64,000 nt of DNA from NCBI GenBank assembly GCA_053919585.1, contig CM132813.1. The stretch is one strand, 5' to 3'. Positions 24,996-38,600 of the stretch are shown here, in pieces. The position numbers and the translations under genes are program-made. Under the pieces are notes generated by a model. That model made no database searches. It was not told where the DNA came from and saw only the letters and a list, made by a program, of their open reading frames with translations. The stretch comes from Euprymna scolopes (taxonomy: Eukaryota). Numbering within the stretch: the stretch's first letter is position 1; every line of letters starts with the position of its first letter.

Positions 24996-27864
24996 ACAAA
25001 TATATGTTATATTATCCTTCTAGTTAGGTAACGCTTGACAGCCTTACTTGTTTCTAATAGAATTTGTGCATGTTAATTTCCTGTGTTTACATGCAATGAT
25101 TTTTCCTGCCTGTGTTGACCTCTTAAGAAATTTACAACCCCTCCCCCCTTTTTTTGTAATTTCTGATTGTGCTGTTTGGAAGGGGGAGGGGGTTGAGTTA
25201 ATCATATGCAAAGAAAGTTGGGTGGGGTAAAAAAATGAAAATCAAGTCCTGTTCATAGGTCCTTCATAAAGGAAAATGGCATAGATCAAGCAGGAAATGC
25301 TACGGAAGATTAAGTAGGCATTTGATTTTTTTATTATTAAAAAAAAAAAAACACAAATGAATAAAATAAAATAAACTCTTTAAAAAAAATTTTATTCCAA
25401 ATTTTCTTCTTTCAATACAAAAATTTATTTCTAAAAATGTCCATTTTTTTGTTGTTTTTCAAAATTTGTTAAATTAAACAAATTGTCTCCTTACCCAACT
25501 TAAAGAAAATGCTGGGTCTTATACAGAATTCAACTTAAGAAAAAATACAGAAAAATCTTTGATGTATATATCCTCAGAGAAAAAAATTTCATATTCTAAA
25601 AATCTTGTAATTCAGATTTTTTAATATAGAAAATCATATATTTTTACAATTTTTAGCGATTAATAATAGTATATTGTAGCTCAAGACTGATTTTAAAATC
25701 TCAATAAATCGAATTGAGTTAGCTCCCTTCATTAAACTTGATGCTGCAAGACTCACCATTCTCACTGTCAAAATTTGATTTTTTTCTGTTTAAAAATTAA
25801 AATTACTTGATCAATTTACATGATTTTTGGAATATGACATTTTCATTTTGTGACAGGTACATATATCATAAAAAAATTTCTACATTTTTGTTGTTTAATT
25901 AGGTTGAATTCTGGATTTACACTAAAATAATAATTATTCACCTCACTTCGTCAAAAGAGAAGTCAGGAGGAGAAAAAAGTTATGGGACATATATCATTTA
26001 TAATATAAACATTTTTCAATATTGACATACGTTTCATCTTAACCTAGACTCATTCAGCGTGGCTGTACCACCAGTGACAGGATTCGAACATCAGACTTAA
26101 GTCATCTTTGACTTCTATCAAACATTGCTGCTCCCACCCACCCTACCCGACAGTCACTGAGACAGCTATACGATGAAAAAATAGAAATATTCCTATTATT
26201 ACTCATTTAACAGTCATTCTCCATAGAGTGTTCAATCAAGGGGAGGAAAACTAATTCTACTGATCTGACATTGTCCGAGATCCATTATGTTCAATTTATA
26301 ACCGTGTGATTTTGTTATGTTCAATATATAAAGTTAAAATTGAACCTGGTTTTGATTTGATAAGAACGAAGCAAGACATAAGAATGAATTGGTCAATAAT
26401 TTATCAGCGTCTGAATTACAAATGAAACTTTGCTTTTGTTTGTATAAAAAAAAAAGAAAAGAAATGAGAAAAAGTAAATAATGATAACTCTTATTAAAAC
26501 CAAAAATAAAAGTTATTCCTCTTACATGATTTTTCCTTTTAAGGTGACTGTACAAATTTTTATGTCAGAAAATTGCCACTGAGTATTTGCTTTTATTATT
26601 TTCAATAAATTGTAATGTAATTGTTGCAAATAACATGGTACAACAATAACAAATGAAAGTTGGCTCGTCAGAAACAAAATTTAGTTTGTAAGCTTCACTG
26701 CTATTTTGGTTGAACTTTATTTTATGCTAGATTAGATATGTGTTAGAGAGGAGGGGGGATTGAAGAATGGGGTGAGAGATTTTGTTTCTCATTTTACGTT
26801 TGCCTAGTCATAATTTTCTAAATGCATAATTTTTTCTGTTATTACTTCTTTAAAAGATTAATTTATTTTTTCTCTACTGTTGGAAACCGTTTGAGGTTAA
26901 AAGAACAGTAGAGGGGGAGCAATTTTTCGGAGGGAGGAGGGTCTTGCTCCCCTTCCCCTCATTGCTGTAAGAATCTAATATATTTCTTTTTAAATATAGT
27001 TTTTAAAACTGTGTCTTTATTTAATATATTTTTTAAAGATAAAAAAAAAATGTAACAAAATATGTGGTGACAAAGGATTCAAATTATTTGTTTGTTTTTT
27101 TTTGGTTTTTTACATATTCTTTCCTTTTTAGCAGAAAATGATAAAGATATAAACAGAGAAAACAGGGAATTCAGTTTCATGCCTTTTTATATAAATGACA
27201 TTTTTTTTTTAAATTTTTTTCAGAGATCACTGTGTGTGGGAGAGAAAGGGGTGGGACACATACATAAATCGACACACATACACACACACACAAAAAAAAA
27301 TTTCCTCAAACATACATAAGAAAGACATTCATGCCCATACATATCTATGTATCGCAATGCTTAAATAAAAATAAATGATTTCTTTCCTTCTTTTTCAATA
27401 ATTCTTGGAAGGTAAGGTGGGGTGGGGTGAGACAATTATGTTGGTAATGATCCCATCGAGTTTAAACAGCCACTGGAGCCTGGTAAAATCCAATGAAGGA
27501 AGTTAGCAGAAGAGATAGAGACAGAAAAGTTGATAATTTCCTTCCACATTTTGGGCCACTAGTGGTCAACCGATCATCTGATCATCATCATCGTCATCGT
27601 CGCAGGCACAAACCAACATTAAAATCGTCATAAAAATCTGGAATATCTCCAGCATTCAGATCTCAAAGGTCAGTGCAGGACGGATCACCAGTGCCAGACC
27701 CCACCCATCCCCATTTATTTTTGAGTGAACAGGGATTTTTTTTTTATTTGTTTTGTTTTTTGGCGAGGGGAGGTTGATTTCAAAGAAAAAAAAAAAAGAA
27801 GTTTTTTTGTTTATTTTGTTTTTCTTCTGCAAAAAACAGATTTCTCACAGCAACACCTTCCCTA

Positions 27865-28029
27865 CTACACCACTTCTTCGGCAATCCCCCCCCAGCGAAC
27901 CTTATATCGTCGGTTCCGCCATACTATAGTCCAATCACGGTGTGACTGTATTGTTAGATAAAACGTCATCACTTCTCGTAAAAGCCAGCAGACGAGGAAT
28001 TCAAACTTGGACATTGTGAGTGAATCGTT
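27865..28029 (-). CDS. UGCG: UGCG last coding exon ([54 protein letters not shown])
   Basis: Not in ORF track; ttgcag| acceptor; W..RE, TI.WR..RY, GG.AEE C-terminal motifs; TAG TAG stop. Confidence 0.94.
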   Translation of the reverse strand, partial: NDSLTMSKFEFLVCWLLREVMTFYLTIQSHRDWTIVWRNRRYKVRWGGIAEEVV

Positions 28030-28494
28030 CTGCAAAAGAAAACAAGTCAGAGGTTAATGACAAAGAACATTCATTTGCTTTAAAAATAAATGAAACAAAA
28101 ACGTTTAGTTTGAGAATTTTTTAGATGAGGATCAATAATTTGTATCTTTTCGACTATTGCTCTCATCATTGATTACAGACAAAGTCACAATTAAAAAAAC
28201 AACAAACGCCACTGTTCAGTTTCGAAAGAGGACAGGTATTCCCTGTAGAGGTGGTTGGATGTGTAATTGTGAGGTAAGGGTTGCACAATCTCCAGCCACA
28301 CCTGCCCTTAATCAGCACTGCTTGGTCCAGTGGTAAGGAGAAGTCCAGGACAACTGGAAACAATGCCGAGATAAGCAGAGAGCACATACAGCACCTGGAA
28401 TTCCAAAATGGTCACCCATTTTAGTACTGACCCGGCTCAATATTGCTTAACTTTGGTAATCTGACAGGAACCGGTGTGTCAACATTATGCCATA

Positions 28495-28536
<42 letters not shown>

Positions 28537-31500
28537 AATTAGTTATGTGCAAAATGAATGCAGATGCTCAAATGTATAAACATTTTTACCCCTCCCTTTA
28601 CTTAAAAATTCACCAAAACTCAGGAAATTGACCAATTTTAATGAAATTTTCAGTATTTATGAAATAATGATCAAAAAATCTAACGAACCCATTAGTTTTA
28701 TTTAAATCATAGTGAAAATGTATTATTTTGTTTAATTAAAAAACACATTTACTAAAGTTATGGTTTTCAGTAGTAAAAAAAAAAATGCATGAATTTATTT
28801 TTGCTTTTTTATGAAAATAAAATATCGTAAATTATAACTAAAAGAAAAATATATAATTTTTACAGGAACGTTACGAAAAAAAAAAGCCCCTAAAGTCCAT
28901 ATTAATGAATTTGATATAACTAAAAGAAAAATTAATTTCTCAAACTATCAATATTATCATTGAATTAAGCATTATTTTTTTTAATATCTTCACACAAAAA
29001 AATTATCATTACAAAAAATATTTCTATTTGGTTTTTTTTTTAGGTTTCGCATGATTTTGACATGCGAGATTCTAATATTTTCCTTGCTTGCATGAATGTG
29101 AAACTTTCAGCGTAACATAATTTTTATATAATCTTGAAAAATAAAAAGAAAACAATTCTGATTTAAAAGCAGCAACATAGAAAAATAATTAAATTATAAA
29201 TCGTAAAAATTCTACAAACGTTCATGATAGGAATGTACAGATGCATGGCTGGGAAAAAAAGACAAACAGTACTCCCTACCCACCATTAACTACCTGACAT
29301 CATTTTCAGACATCCTTTCGACTGTCTGAGATTTTCAGATTCCGTATAATCCATGTGACAAGGACTTGGTTTTGTTTTGGTTGAACAAAGAGAGAATCTC
29401 TTGCTTTTGGGGACTAATTAAGCTATTTTTTTGTTCAAATAAGATGGGTTTTTTTTAAAATTTAATTCAATATCTTAGGACATTACTTTAGTAATTATCT
29501 TTGAAATAGACCCAGAAAACTAATACTTATCTTTCAAAGGATTTTTACAATGAATTTATTTAACTTCAAAATTTAGCTGAATTTGTTAGCTCACCGTGAA
29601 AACATTTTTCATAAATTTATTTTTCATGTGTACAAATATTTTTTTTCTTTTTGGAAATTAACTTTAGTTTTTAATCTTCCAAATACAATCAAAAAGTAGT
29701 CGGAAACCTACAAAAGAATTATGATAAAATGGCTTTCAAAACTAGGTTCCCCCATCTTTATTCCACCATTTTTGCTTGTACCTAAATTAATAATAATTAT
29801 AAATAGTGTTTCATGCTTATGCAATCAGCACTGTAGGATCACAATTCCTGCCAGCCAAGCAATTCAAACAAAGACACAAAGTCACCTTTGACTCCATTTG
29901 CTAAGCCTTCATCTCTGGGCTACCAAACAATTGCCATGAGAATAAACGAAATTAACAACTAATAAATGCTCAATTTGGGCGCAGATATTAGACAATCCAG
30001 TGTTCGAACGATGGAAATCATGAACATTACATATATAAGATCTGTGTTTTTTTTGTTTTGTTTTTTATTAGTGATATTAGCAGTTTTGAAATGCTTTTTG
30101 TATTTAATTTAGCTTCCTTAGCGACGAGGGAGTTACCTTCCCGTTTGTTTTGCTTCTTTTGACGGAACATTTTTTATGAGGTACCTTCAATAAGTTTCCA
30201 GACTTTTTTTTGTATGAGCACTTTCATTGATAGTGCACACATGGAACTCTAGTCTGCTTCAAAGTAATCTCCTCTGGCTGCAATGCACTTGTACCATTTT
30301 AACAACTGGAAGGCCCCATGAAAGTCCTCATGTGAGCGTGTCAATGACTCGCCACATTTTAATTTTTAAATATTTTTATGTACATAAAAGATATGCATGG
30401 TCACTTGTTTCAAACTATCATCTACCGTCAGCATGTCAGACTTTTTTACAAGGATCAAACCCATAACTACATAATTAGCAATCTGGCGTTTTACCACTGA
30501 GCCACGATGCCTTGTCAGATTTGATGCACGATTTTATCACTTAAATATAGGATTTTTTTTTTTTATTAGAAATATTATCAATCTTGAAACACTGCTTTTT
30601 GTATTTAATTTCACTTCGTAAGTGATGATCGAGTTCATATATATATAATAAAAAAAAAAAAATAAAAATAAAAAAAGTTTTTAAATATTTTTTTCATCAT
30701 ATTATTTTGTATTCCTGCACGTCACCAATTGAAAACGAATAAAGAAAAGTTATAAGCTTTTATACTTTTTGTATTCTTTTTTATACATTTCCATTCATAT
30801 ATATATTTTTTTTTTTTACAAAGGCATCACCACATTATCAAGACCAAGAGGCCACTCAAGGATAAGGGTTAAAGAGTGTACAGTAGAAATTGGACATTAT
30901 AGTAATCATTAGTAATGAAAATTTGGTAAAGTTGATAACTTATATGGAACGGCTCATCAAGAACTTATTTACATTAGACTTGAAGACAACCATATTGTAG
31001 TCAGCCGGAAAGCAGGAAAACGGAAGACAATTCCACAGGCGTGCAGTTCTAAGAAAAAAGCTTTGTTCATGGAATCTACATTTAGGTTTAGGCACAGATA
31101 AAGAGTGGGGGGAATTATTGATAGTGTTTACAGCTAGACGAGTGTTTCTTGTGAAAGTTTGGCGAGGGGGGACCATAGATTGAAGCTCATTCGAACACTT
31201 TCCATGAAAATAACGATACATCAGAGACAAACTCGCAACATCTCTTCTGTGAGATAAAGGTTGCAAGGAAGAGAAAAGGACATCTCCTACGAGGCTACGA
31301 AGTCTATTTTGAACTCTATCAAAGCAGGCCAAGTCCTTTCTAGCAGCTCCTGCCCAGATGTGGCAACAGTATTCCATCCTTGGACGTACCTGGCTCTTAT
31401 ATAGATAGAGAATAGCATCAGCAGTGAGATATCTACTGGATCGATAGAAAGATCCCACCATTTTTCCAGCGGCCTTGGCAACAGATTTGATGTACGTATT

Positions 31501-32650
31501 CCATTTAAGATCAGGAGTAATGGTCAAGCCAAGAAGTTTGTCAAAACTTGAGGCCTCCTGAAGACGAGAGCCATTCATTTCAATTGATGTCAGATGTGGA
31601 TCAGAATGTTGATGATGTAAAGAGAGAAGCTTGGTTTTAGATGCATTAAAAGTAACCAGCCATTCTTTACCCCATTGTACTACGTGCTCAAGATCAGAGG
31701 AGAGAGAATTGGAGAGAACTTGGTCGTTTACTGTCTTAAATGTGCTACCATAAATGGTAGTGTCGTCAGCATAGATGTCTACAAATGATGTAAGGATGTG
31801 ATTTGGACGATCATTAATGTAGATCAGGAAAAGAGTTGAAGTAGTGATGTTTACTTATAAGTAATTAGATTATACATTTACAAACAAAAATAGATTTTAG
31901 GCTCCCAAAATTCATACTAGAATTGCCCATAAGGGCCTGTGGCATAGTGGATAAAGCACTTGGTAAAATTCAGTTATACGTTACACTCTTCTGGAGGTTG
32001 AAGTGTGAACGACACTTAAAATTATGAATTATTTAGCACTTCTATCCAGTCATGGCTGACAGGACAAGAGCATGCTACCTCTGTGGATTAAATAAAGGGT
32101 CCCATTCGAAATTCCTTGCAGATTTTAGAGTTTAACTAGATATACCTAAAGAAGATGAGAAGTTATATCAACTTAGTCACGATGAGAGCAATATATTTGA
32201 ATAATACAAAAATATTTTTTTTAGATGTGGATCAATTATTTGGATTATTTTACACAATCTAACAACTAAGAATTTAAAAAAATATACATTTCTGCATGGA
32301 ACAAGAACATGGGGTGCTTATTTAGCTTGGCACTTACGCTGATAAACAAAAATGAAAAAAAACTTTTACCGTGTACCTATTTGTCAGAGAATGAAGATAG
32401 CATATTCCAAAATTCACAAAAATTGATCAAGTACTTTTTTTTCTGAAAAAACAACTTTGCCGTTTTTTTCGATAAGTGAACGCCAAAGCCATTTTAATAT
32501 TCTTCAAATTTTGTTTTTAACTTTTATAAAATGGCCCTTCTAAAATAATGTTTTCATTATTTTAAAATTTTATGTTTTGAAAATTAAAAAATACACATTA
32601 TGTTAATAAATTATTATTGGTTTTAAATCTTACATTTTGGTTGTCTTTCC

Positions 32651-32690
<40 letters not shown>

Positions 32691-35600
32691 TTGGAATGAA
32701 AGGTGGTTATCTGCCTTTGATTTTACCATCACCAGTACTTTTTACATCCCCTCCTTATGGGCATGGAGTGAAATTTGATTTTCTTAAATGATAAAAGACT
32801 AATTGATCAAATTACATGAATTTTTTAATATTTCATCTTCGTTCCGTGACTGGTACATACATCATACAGACATTTCTGTATTTTCTTTATTTGGAATTGC
32901 TGCCAATTCCAAATAAGTGCCAATCTAAATAAACACTGACCATGGATTAAATGAAATTTCATACAAATTCCTAAGTTCAAAAATGTACCTAAAGAAGGTT
33001 CAGGGTTACATCAGTCAAAACGTTGCAAAATTAACGAAAATGAGAACAGCAATCTAAAGAATCTTAATGACACTTTTATATATTTAAAAAAATAAAAAAA
33101 ATTAAAAAAAACATTCATGGATACCAGCTCTTCATAGGATGAAAGAACTGTGTTGGTTGGTTATTTTTGTTTTACGGCATATCAACCATTTTCGGGTTAT
33201 TTAATGTTGAATCCAGTAATTTGGGAAAAGGTTTTTATTCTTCAAGTTCTTTATGTTTTCAAATATTCATTCATGGTGTTTAATTTTGATTGTATAATAG
33301 AAAAAAAAAAGTTTTTGTGTTTGACTTTGCAGAACATGATTGAGTTTTGCAAAAGGAATGGTAAAAAACAATAACATCAATGTTTGGTCCATTTTTGGCC
33401 AGAAAGCAATTATCTTCACACAGCTTGATCTGGTAGAACCAGATGTCCCAACAAGAATTACTCCTCTGGGCCAAAGTGGATCTGGGAGCAATGTTAACTA
33501 AGACGCAACTCCACATTCCCTCTCACTAAATATCTTTTAAGCTCATACACAGGACCAATAACCGTATTAAAAAATTAAACTGATTTCATTGATGCCTTAA
33601 AGTCTACTTTCATTGGTCTGGGCTCTAACAATGGTGAAACCATCAGAGCACATTTCTGTTAAATCTGTTGAAAAAAGAATCAGATTCAAAATTTTCCTTT
33701 TTTTTTTTTTTTTTTTTTTTTCCAACTGTTTACTATTAATATAAAAGTCCAGCTTGATTCTATTGTGTTATGAATAATATTAAAAGACTGTCAGCTACTG
33801 CAACTTATGAATTGTCAAAGTTGTGCTTCTGTGTCAGAAGAGAAGGTCTTACTCCTATGCAGAGGTGCATTTAAGGATGATTCAAAGATCAAAAGTTTTG
33901 GGTTTTTTTTTTAATTCTTGAGTAAAAGAAACAAAACAAAAAACAAACAAAAGAGATTGGAAAAAGAAAAAAAAGACTTACTTCAACAATTTGCATTAAA
34001 ATATAATCAAGAAGAAACCAAACTAGAACATGAAGTAGAAAGAAAGCCATGGGGCTGATGTCAAAGAGATATTCAGCTGCTAAAGAGGCAAGGATCCCAA
34101 GCATCATGCATTCCGATAACGGTTCTAGGATGATAAACATTGGAATCATAGATGTGCGCAACTGAGACCATCTGAAATGAAAATTGGGGAAACAGTCAGA
34201 AACAAATATGTTTTTAGATCGATCATAATCAAATATATCATAAGAATTTATCACTCATGATAAATGGGAAAAGAGAGGGAAAGGGGGCATAAAAAAAAAA
34301 ACTTTTAAACTGTCAAATAACAAGTCATATCTATTTCTTTTTTTTAATTCTTCATAAAAAATCCAAAGTTTATGAAGCTTTTTACATCCAATCATTTTAT
34401 GGTTGGTTCAATTAATTTAATGATCAAAGACTACTGTAAGAATTAAAACTAGTTTTAAAAAATCATATTTAAAAGTAATAATTTGGTAAAAATAAAAATT
34501 TGAAAATTAAAAAAAAAAGTGAAAGAAAAATGTAAAAATAAAAAAATCCTTGGCAATAAGTAGATTTTCTTTTTTAATGGGAGCATTAAAAAAACCTTTA
34601 AACTGTCGAATAGAAAGTCATTTCTGGTTTTTAAATTCTTAGCAAATTCTCATGCATTAAAAAAATTGAGCATTTTGGAAACTCTTTACATCCCATCATT
34701 TCATAACAAGTTGGTTCTATTAATTTTAATAAGAAAATCTTATTTCAAAGAAAATAATAATTCAGTAAAAATGAAATTACAAAAAATTTTTTTTTTTAAA
34801 GCATGGTTAAAAGAAAAGAAAAAATGCCAAAGATAAATGAATATTAAAAAAAAAAAAATCCCAGGAAACATCACAGAAATACAGTTTTCTTTTGTTATAT
34901 AAAAGTTTTCTATCTCCAATTTTAATGAAAAACAATTTCTATATATTTTGGAACTCGTTAGATGAAGATTAATAATTTGGATCATTTGAATTACTACTCT
35001 CATTTCATACAAAATCCACCCGAAAAAGTTGATTACATCGGATGAAATATTTGGAAATTAGTACCCATAATGAGAGAAGTAATCTGAATAATCCAAATAA
35101 TACTATTTTCACACAATAATCATAGTTGTCGTTCTTCTAAATCAACACCTATAACATCGGCAATACACAGGCTTTACTTCAAAGGGAGATAACTCATTCA
35201 AATTAAGAATTTTGTATTAAACAAGAATTAGATGACAATTTTTTTTATTTCAATGATAATTTAAAGTTTTAACTAAATTTTAACAAATTATTAATAGAAA
35301 TTTTAATTAAAAATGCTTAAAAACAAAGCAAAATACATATATTTGCTATAAAATCAAATTATCACCTAAATTTTTTTTTACATTTCATTAAATTGTGACC
35401 TATTACAAAAAAAACATTTGTTTCAATGTAAAAAAATCCACCATTAAATTTCTATAAGTTTTTGCTAGTCATCTGTTATTTTTCATTGTAAGCATAGAGA
35501 AATATATACAAGCCATTAAATAACAGTTACTGAATTGAGCTAGTTTACAATTTTTTGCTGAAAATTTTCATACGTTTAAAACTAAAATAAAAAATGAATA

Positions 35601-38600
35601 AATGTCCGATATGTTTTATTTTAAATGTTAGTTGACATTTTTCTTTCATAAATTGGGCTACTTGTACAAACCTAATGAGTCGTTTATGAAATTCTGCAAT
35701 GGAATATGAGCCGGAGTTTTGCATTCCTGGTTGACTGCAAATGACCGTCTGGTAACCTCTGCAGAAAAAGAGAGAGAGAGAAAGAGAAGAAAGAGAATTT
35801 TAAATATATATGCAAAATACTAAATGCATATTTTATAAAGAATAACATGGTAAACTCTTAAGACACTCTTAACCTTTTGTCTAGGAGCAATGTGTAGTAT
35901 CTGTTTTAATATTATATTCATCGTTTTTGTCTTCAGTGAAAGAGCAAATTATTCTTGAATAAAAGAATTTTTATTTTTGTCCCATTCCAGAAATTTTCCC
36001 CACATTCAAAACCGACCTTGCGTCTTAATCTGCCCTTGTGGCATGTAAATAACGAACGTGTTAGGAAAATAAGAAACATAAAATTTTGAATAAAATCCGT
36101 TAACTCCCAGAACTTAAATGATCTGTTTCGGACTGCTTCCTTTTTCACAAAGAGGTATTTAATTTAAAATACTGATTTATTCAACTATTCAAGATGTATT
36201 AAACTCATGAAATACTGAACATGTTGTCTTTACCAAGACTGAATGGTTGAAGGTGTTATTGGAAATATTATTTCATAAAAGAATGACAGATATGAACAGG
36301 GTTAGGGTTTAGCGTTAGGGTCATAAAATATGCTTAAATATATTTTAATCCATGCAGATTTCATAATTATAAACCAATTCTCTATTGTTCCAAAGTTTAA
36401 AAAAAAAAAAAAAAATGACTTTGGCATCATCAGCTAACATTAAATATAAAACATTTAGCACTCCAGCCGTGTCTCCTAACGACGTGGCTATTGAGAGATA
36501 GGGAAGAAAGATTTAATATTAAACAACTTGATGAAATTTATTGAATTTGGGCATGTGCAAAAAAATGTTTAAAAATGTCGATAAGTTGAAATGAACATTT
36601 TGCATTTCAAGTTGCCGATATATGTCTGCACATATTATTTATCCATCCAAACAAAGATTTCACTCGTTATAAATCATCCTTGATGTATAATTACTATTTC
36701 TTGTTAATTCGTGTTATGTGACCAGTAGTTGAAGAATTTATAAGTTAAATATTTTAACATAGACGCACATACATCTACTGTATTATTTATAAATATCACA
36801 TCTCTGAATGATCCTGGCATAACTAATTAAAATAATTTATTCATCAACAGTCATCTTCCAGGATGATACACTGAATCCAATGTTTCAGTAATTCAGTGGC
36901 TTTTCATAGAACAATCAAATTACATGGTACTAACAAGGAGACCTGACATTGCCTGGAATTGAATGATGATCAACGAATCTTTCACACTCCCATATTTTTT
37001 ATTGTTACTGAAATCGACCATTTTTCAATTAAATCGATTGATTGCCTGCTCTAGTTGGGGACCCATTCCACACAGTGACTTAGTTCACAATATATTGTAC
37101 TCTACATGCACTGTAGAGAACCTACTGTCGATTTTAGAAAAAATCTTTTATATAAAAATGTCTGGAATTAAAGTTTAAAACGCTTCAGTTTATTATGCTT
37201 CACTTGTGCCCTAAACAGAAACATTCATTTCAAATGTGCCCCTGTCATATCAAAGAACCTACTATTGATTTTATATGCCTGGCCTTACTGCTTGTATGGT
37301 GATAATAGCTTAAATTTAAGTTTAAAATAAAAAGTTAAGTATCATGGTGCAATTATGGTTTAAATAGAAACATTCATTTCAAATGCACCTCTGTCATATC
37401 AAAGAACCTACTGTTGGTTTTATACATCAGGTCTTTCGGTTTGTGTGGCAATAAAACTTCTCAAATGCACTTGTGGTGTTAGGCTGTGTAAGGTTTGATC
37501 AAAATCGCCTGTTCTTTCTTTCATCAAATTATTTCAATTATGGATCATCGATACTTATCAAAGACCTTCCGATAGAAAAACTATCTAAGAACACTGCCAT
37601 GCACATAAACTCCATGTGAAATTTCATAAAAATCAACTTAGCCATTTTGGAGTCCATAGAGAACGAACACACACACAAAGTTCTTTTTATATAATAGCAG
37701 AGATAGAAATGATTTTCATTATGTTGTCTTTACCAAGACTGAATGGTTGAAGGTGTTATTGGAAATATTATTTCATAAAAGAATGACAGATATGAAACCC
37801 AGGTGTGTGGAGGGAGGGATCAGCAGAAAAAAGAAAACGGAAATGTGGAATTTAAATGTTACTTGCACACATTCAAAGTGCCAATCTCATTATAATACAG
37901 TATGAACAGAGATTCTTCCAGAAATTTGGGCCATCATACTCCTACCTCAATTCACTTTTGTGCACAACCAATGCAAAACAGGAAAGTGTCACACAAATTA
38001 GCAAAACATTTTCCCCAGTGTAATATGTGCAGGAGTTCCTTCCAAAATTGAGCTCATTATTGAAACCATTTTTATGGATAGAGAAGATTTATACACATTT
38101 TTGTTCACAGGTTATTTCAACATAAAATGAATAGTTGGTTCTACTTATAAATTATTCCCAAATTTTATCAAACTGGAGCAGTTGATTAAGAAATAATTCA
38201 AGCAATTGCAAGAGTATTTTGGTTTCGATAAGTTCTTTCCAGTGCTTTTTAGAAGTGTTGGTTGAATAGGAGTTCTTCTTGCAGTTTGGATCATCATTAT
38301 GACCTTATTACAGCTACAAGATATTTAGATCTTTATTCAGAATTCCTTCTATATTAAAAAACAAAAATAAAGAAAACTATGTATGATGTACGTGCATGTG
38401 ACAAAACCAAAACTATATCATATTCCAAAAATCATATAAATTGATCAAATAGTTTTATTTCTAAATAAGAAAATCAAATTTTATGAGTAACAGGAGTGAC
38501 TGTCTTGTATCTCCATTTTGAAAATCTCATGAAACAGATAACTCAACAATAATTCAAACTTGCAAGATTTTTGTTGTAATGCCTACAAACTTGCATTAAT

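Noticed and set aside
27862-27867. Stop-codon readthrough of UGCG
   Set aside because: Tandem TAG TAG stops, and the protein ends where homologues end.
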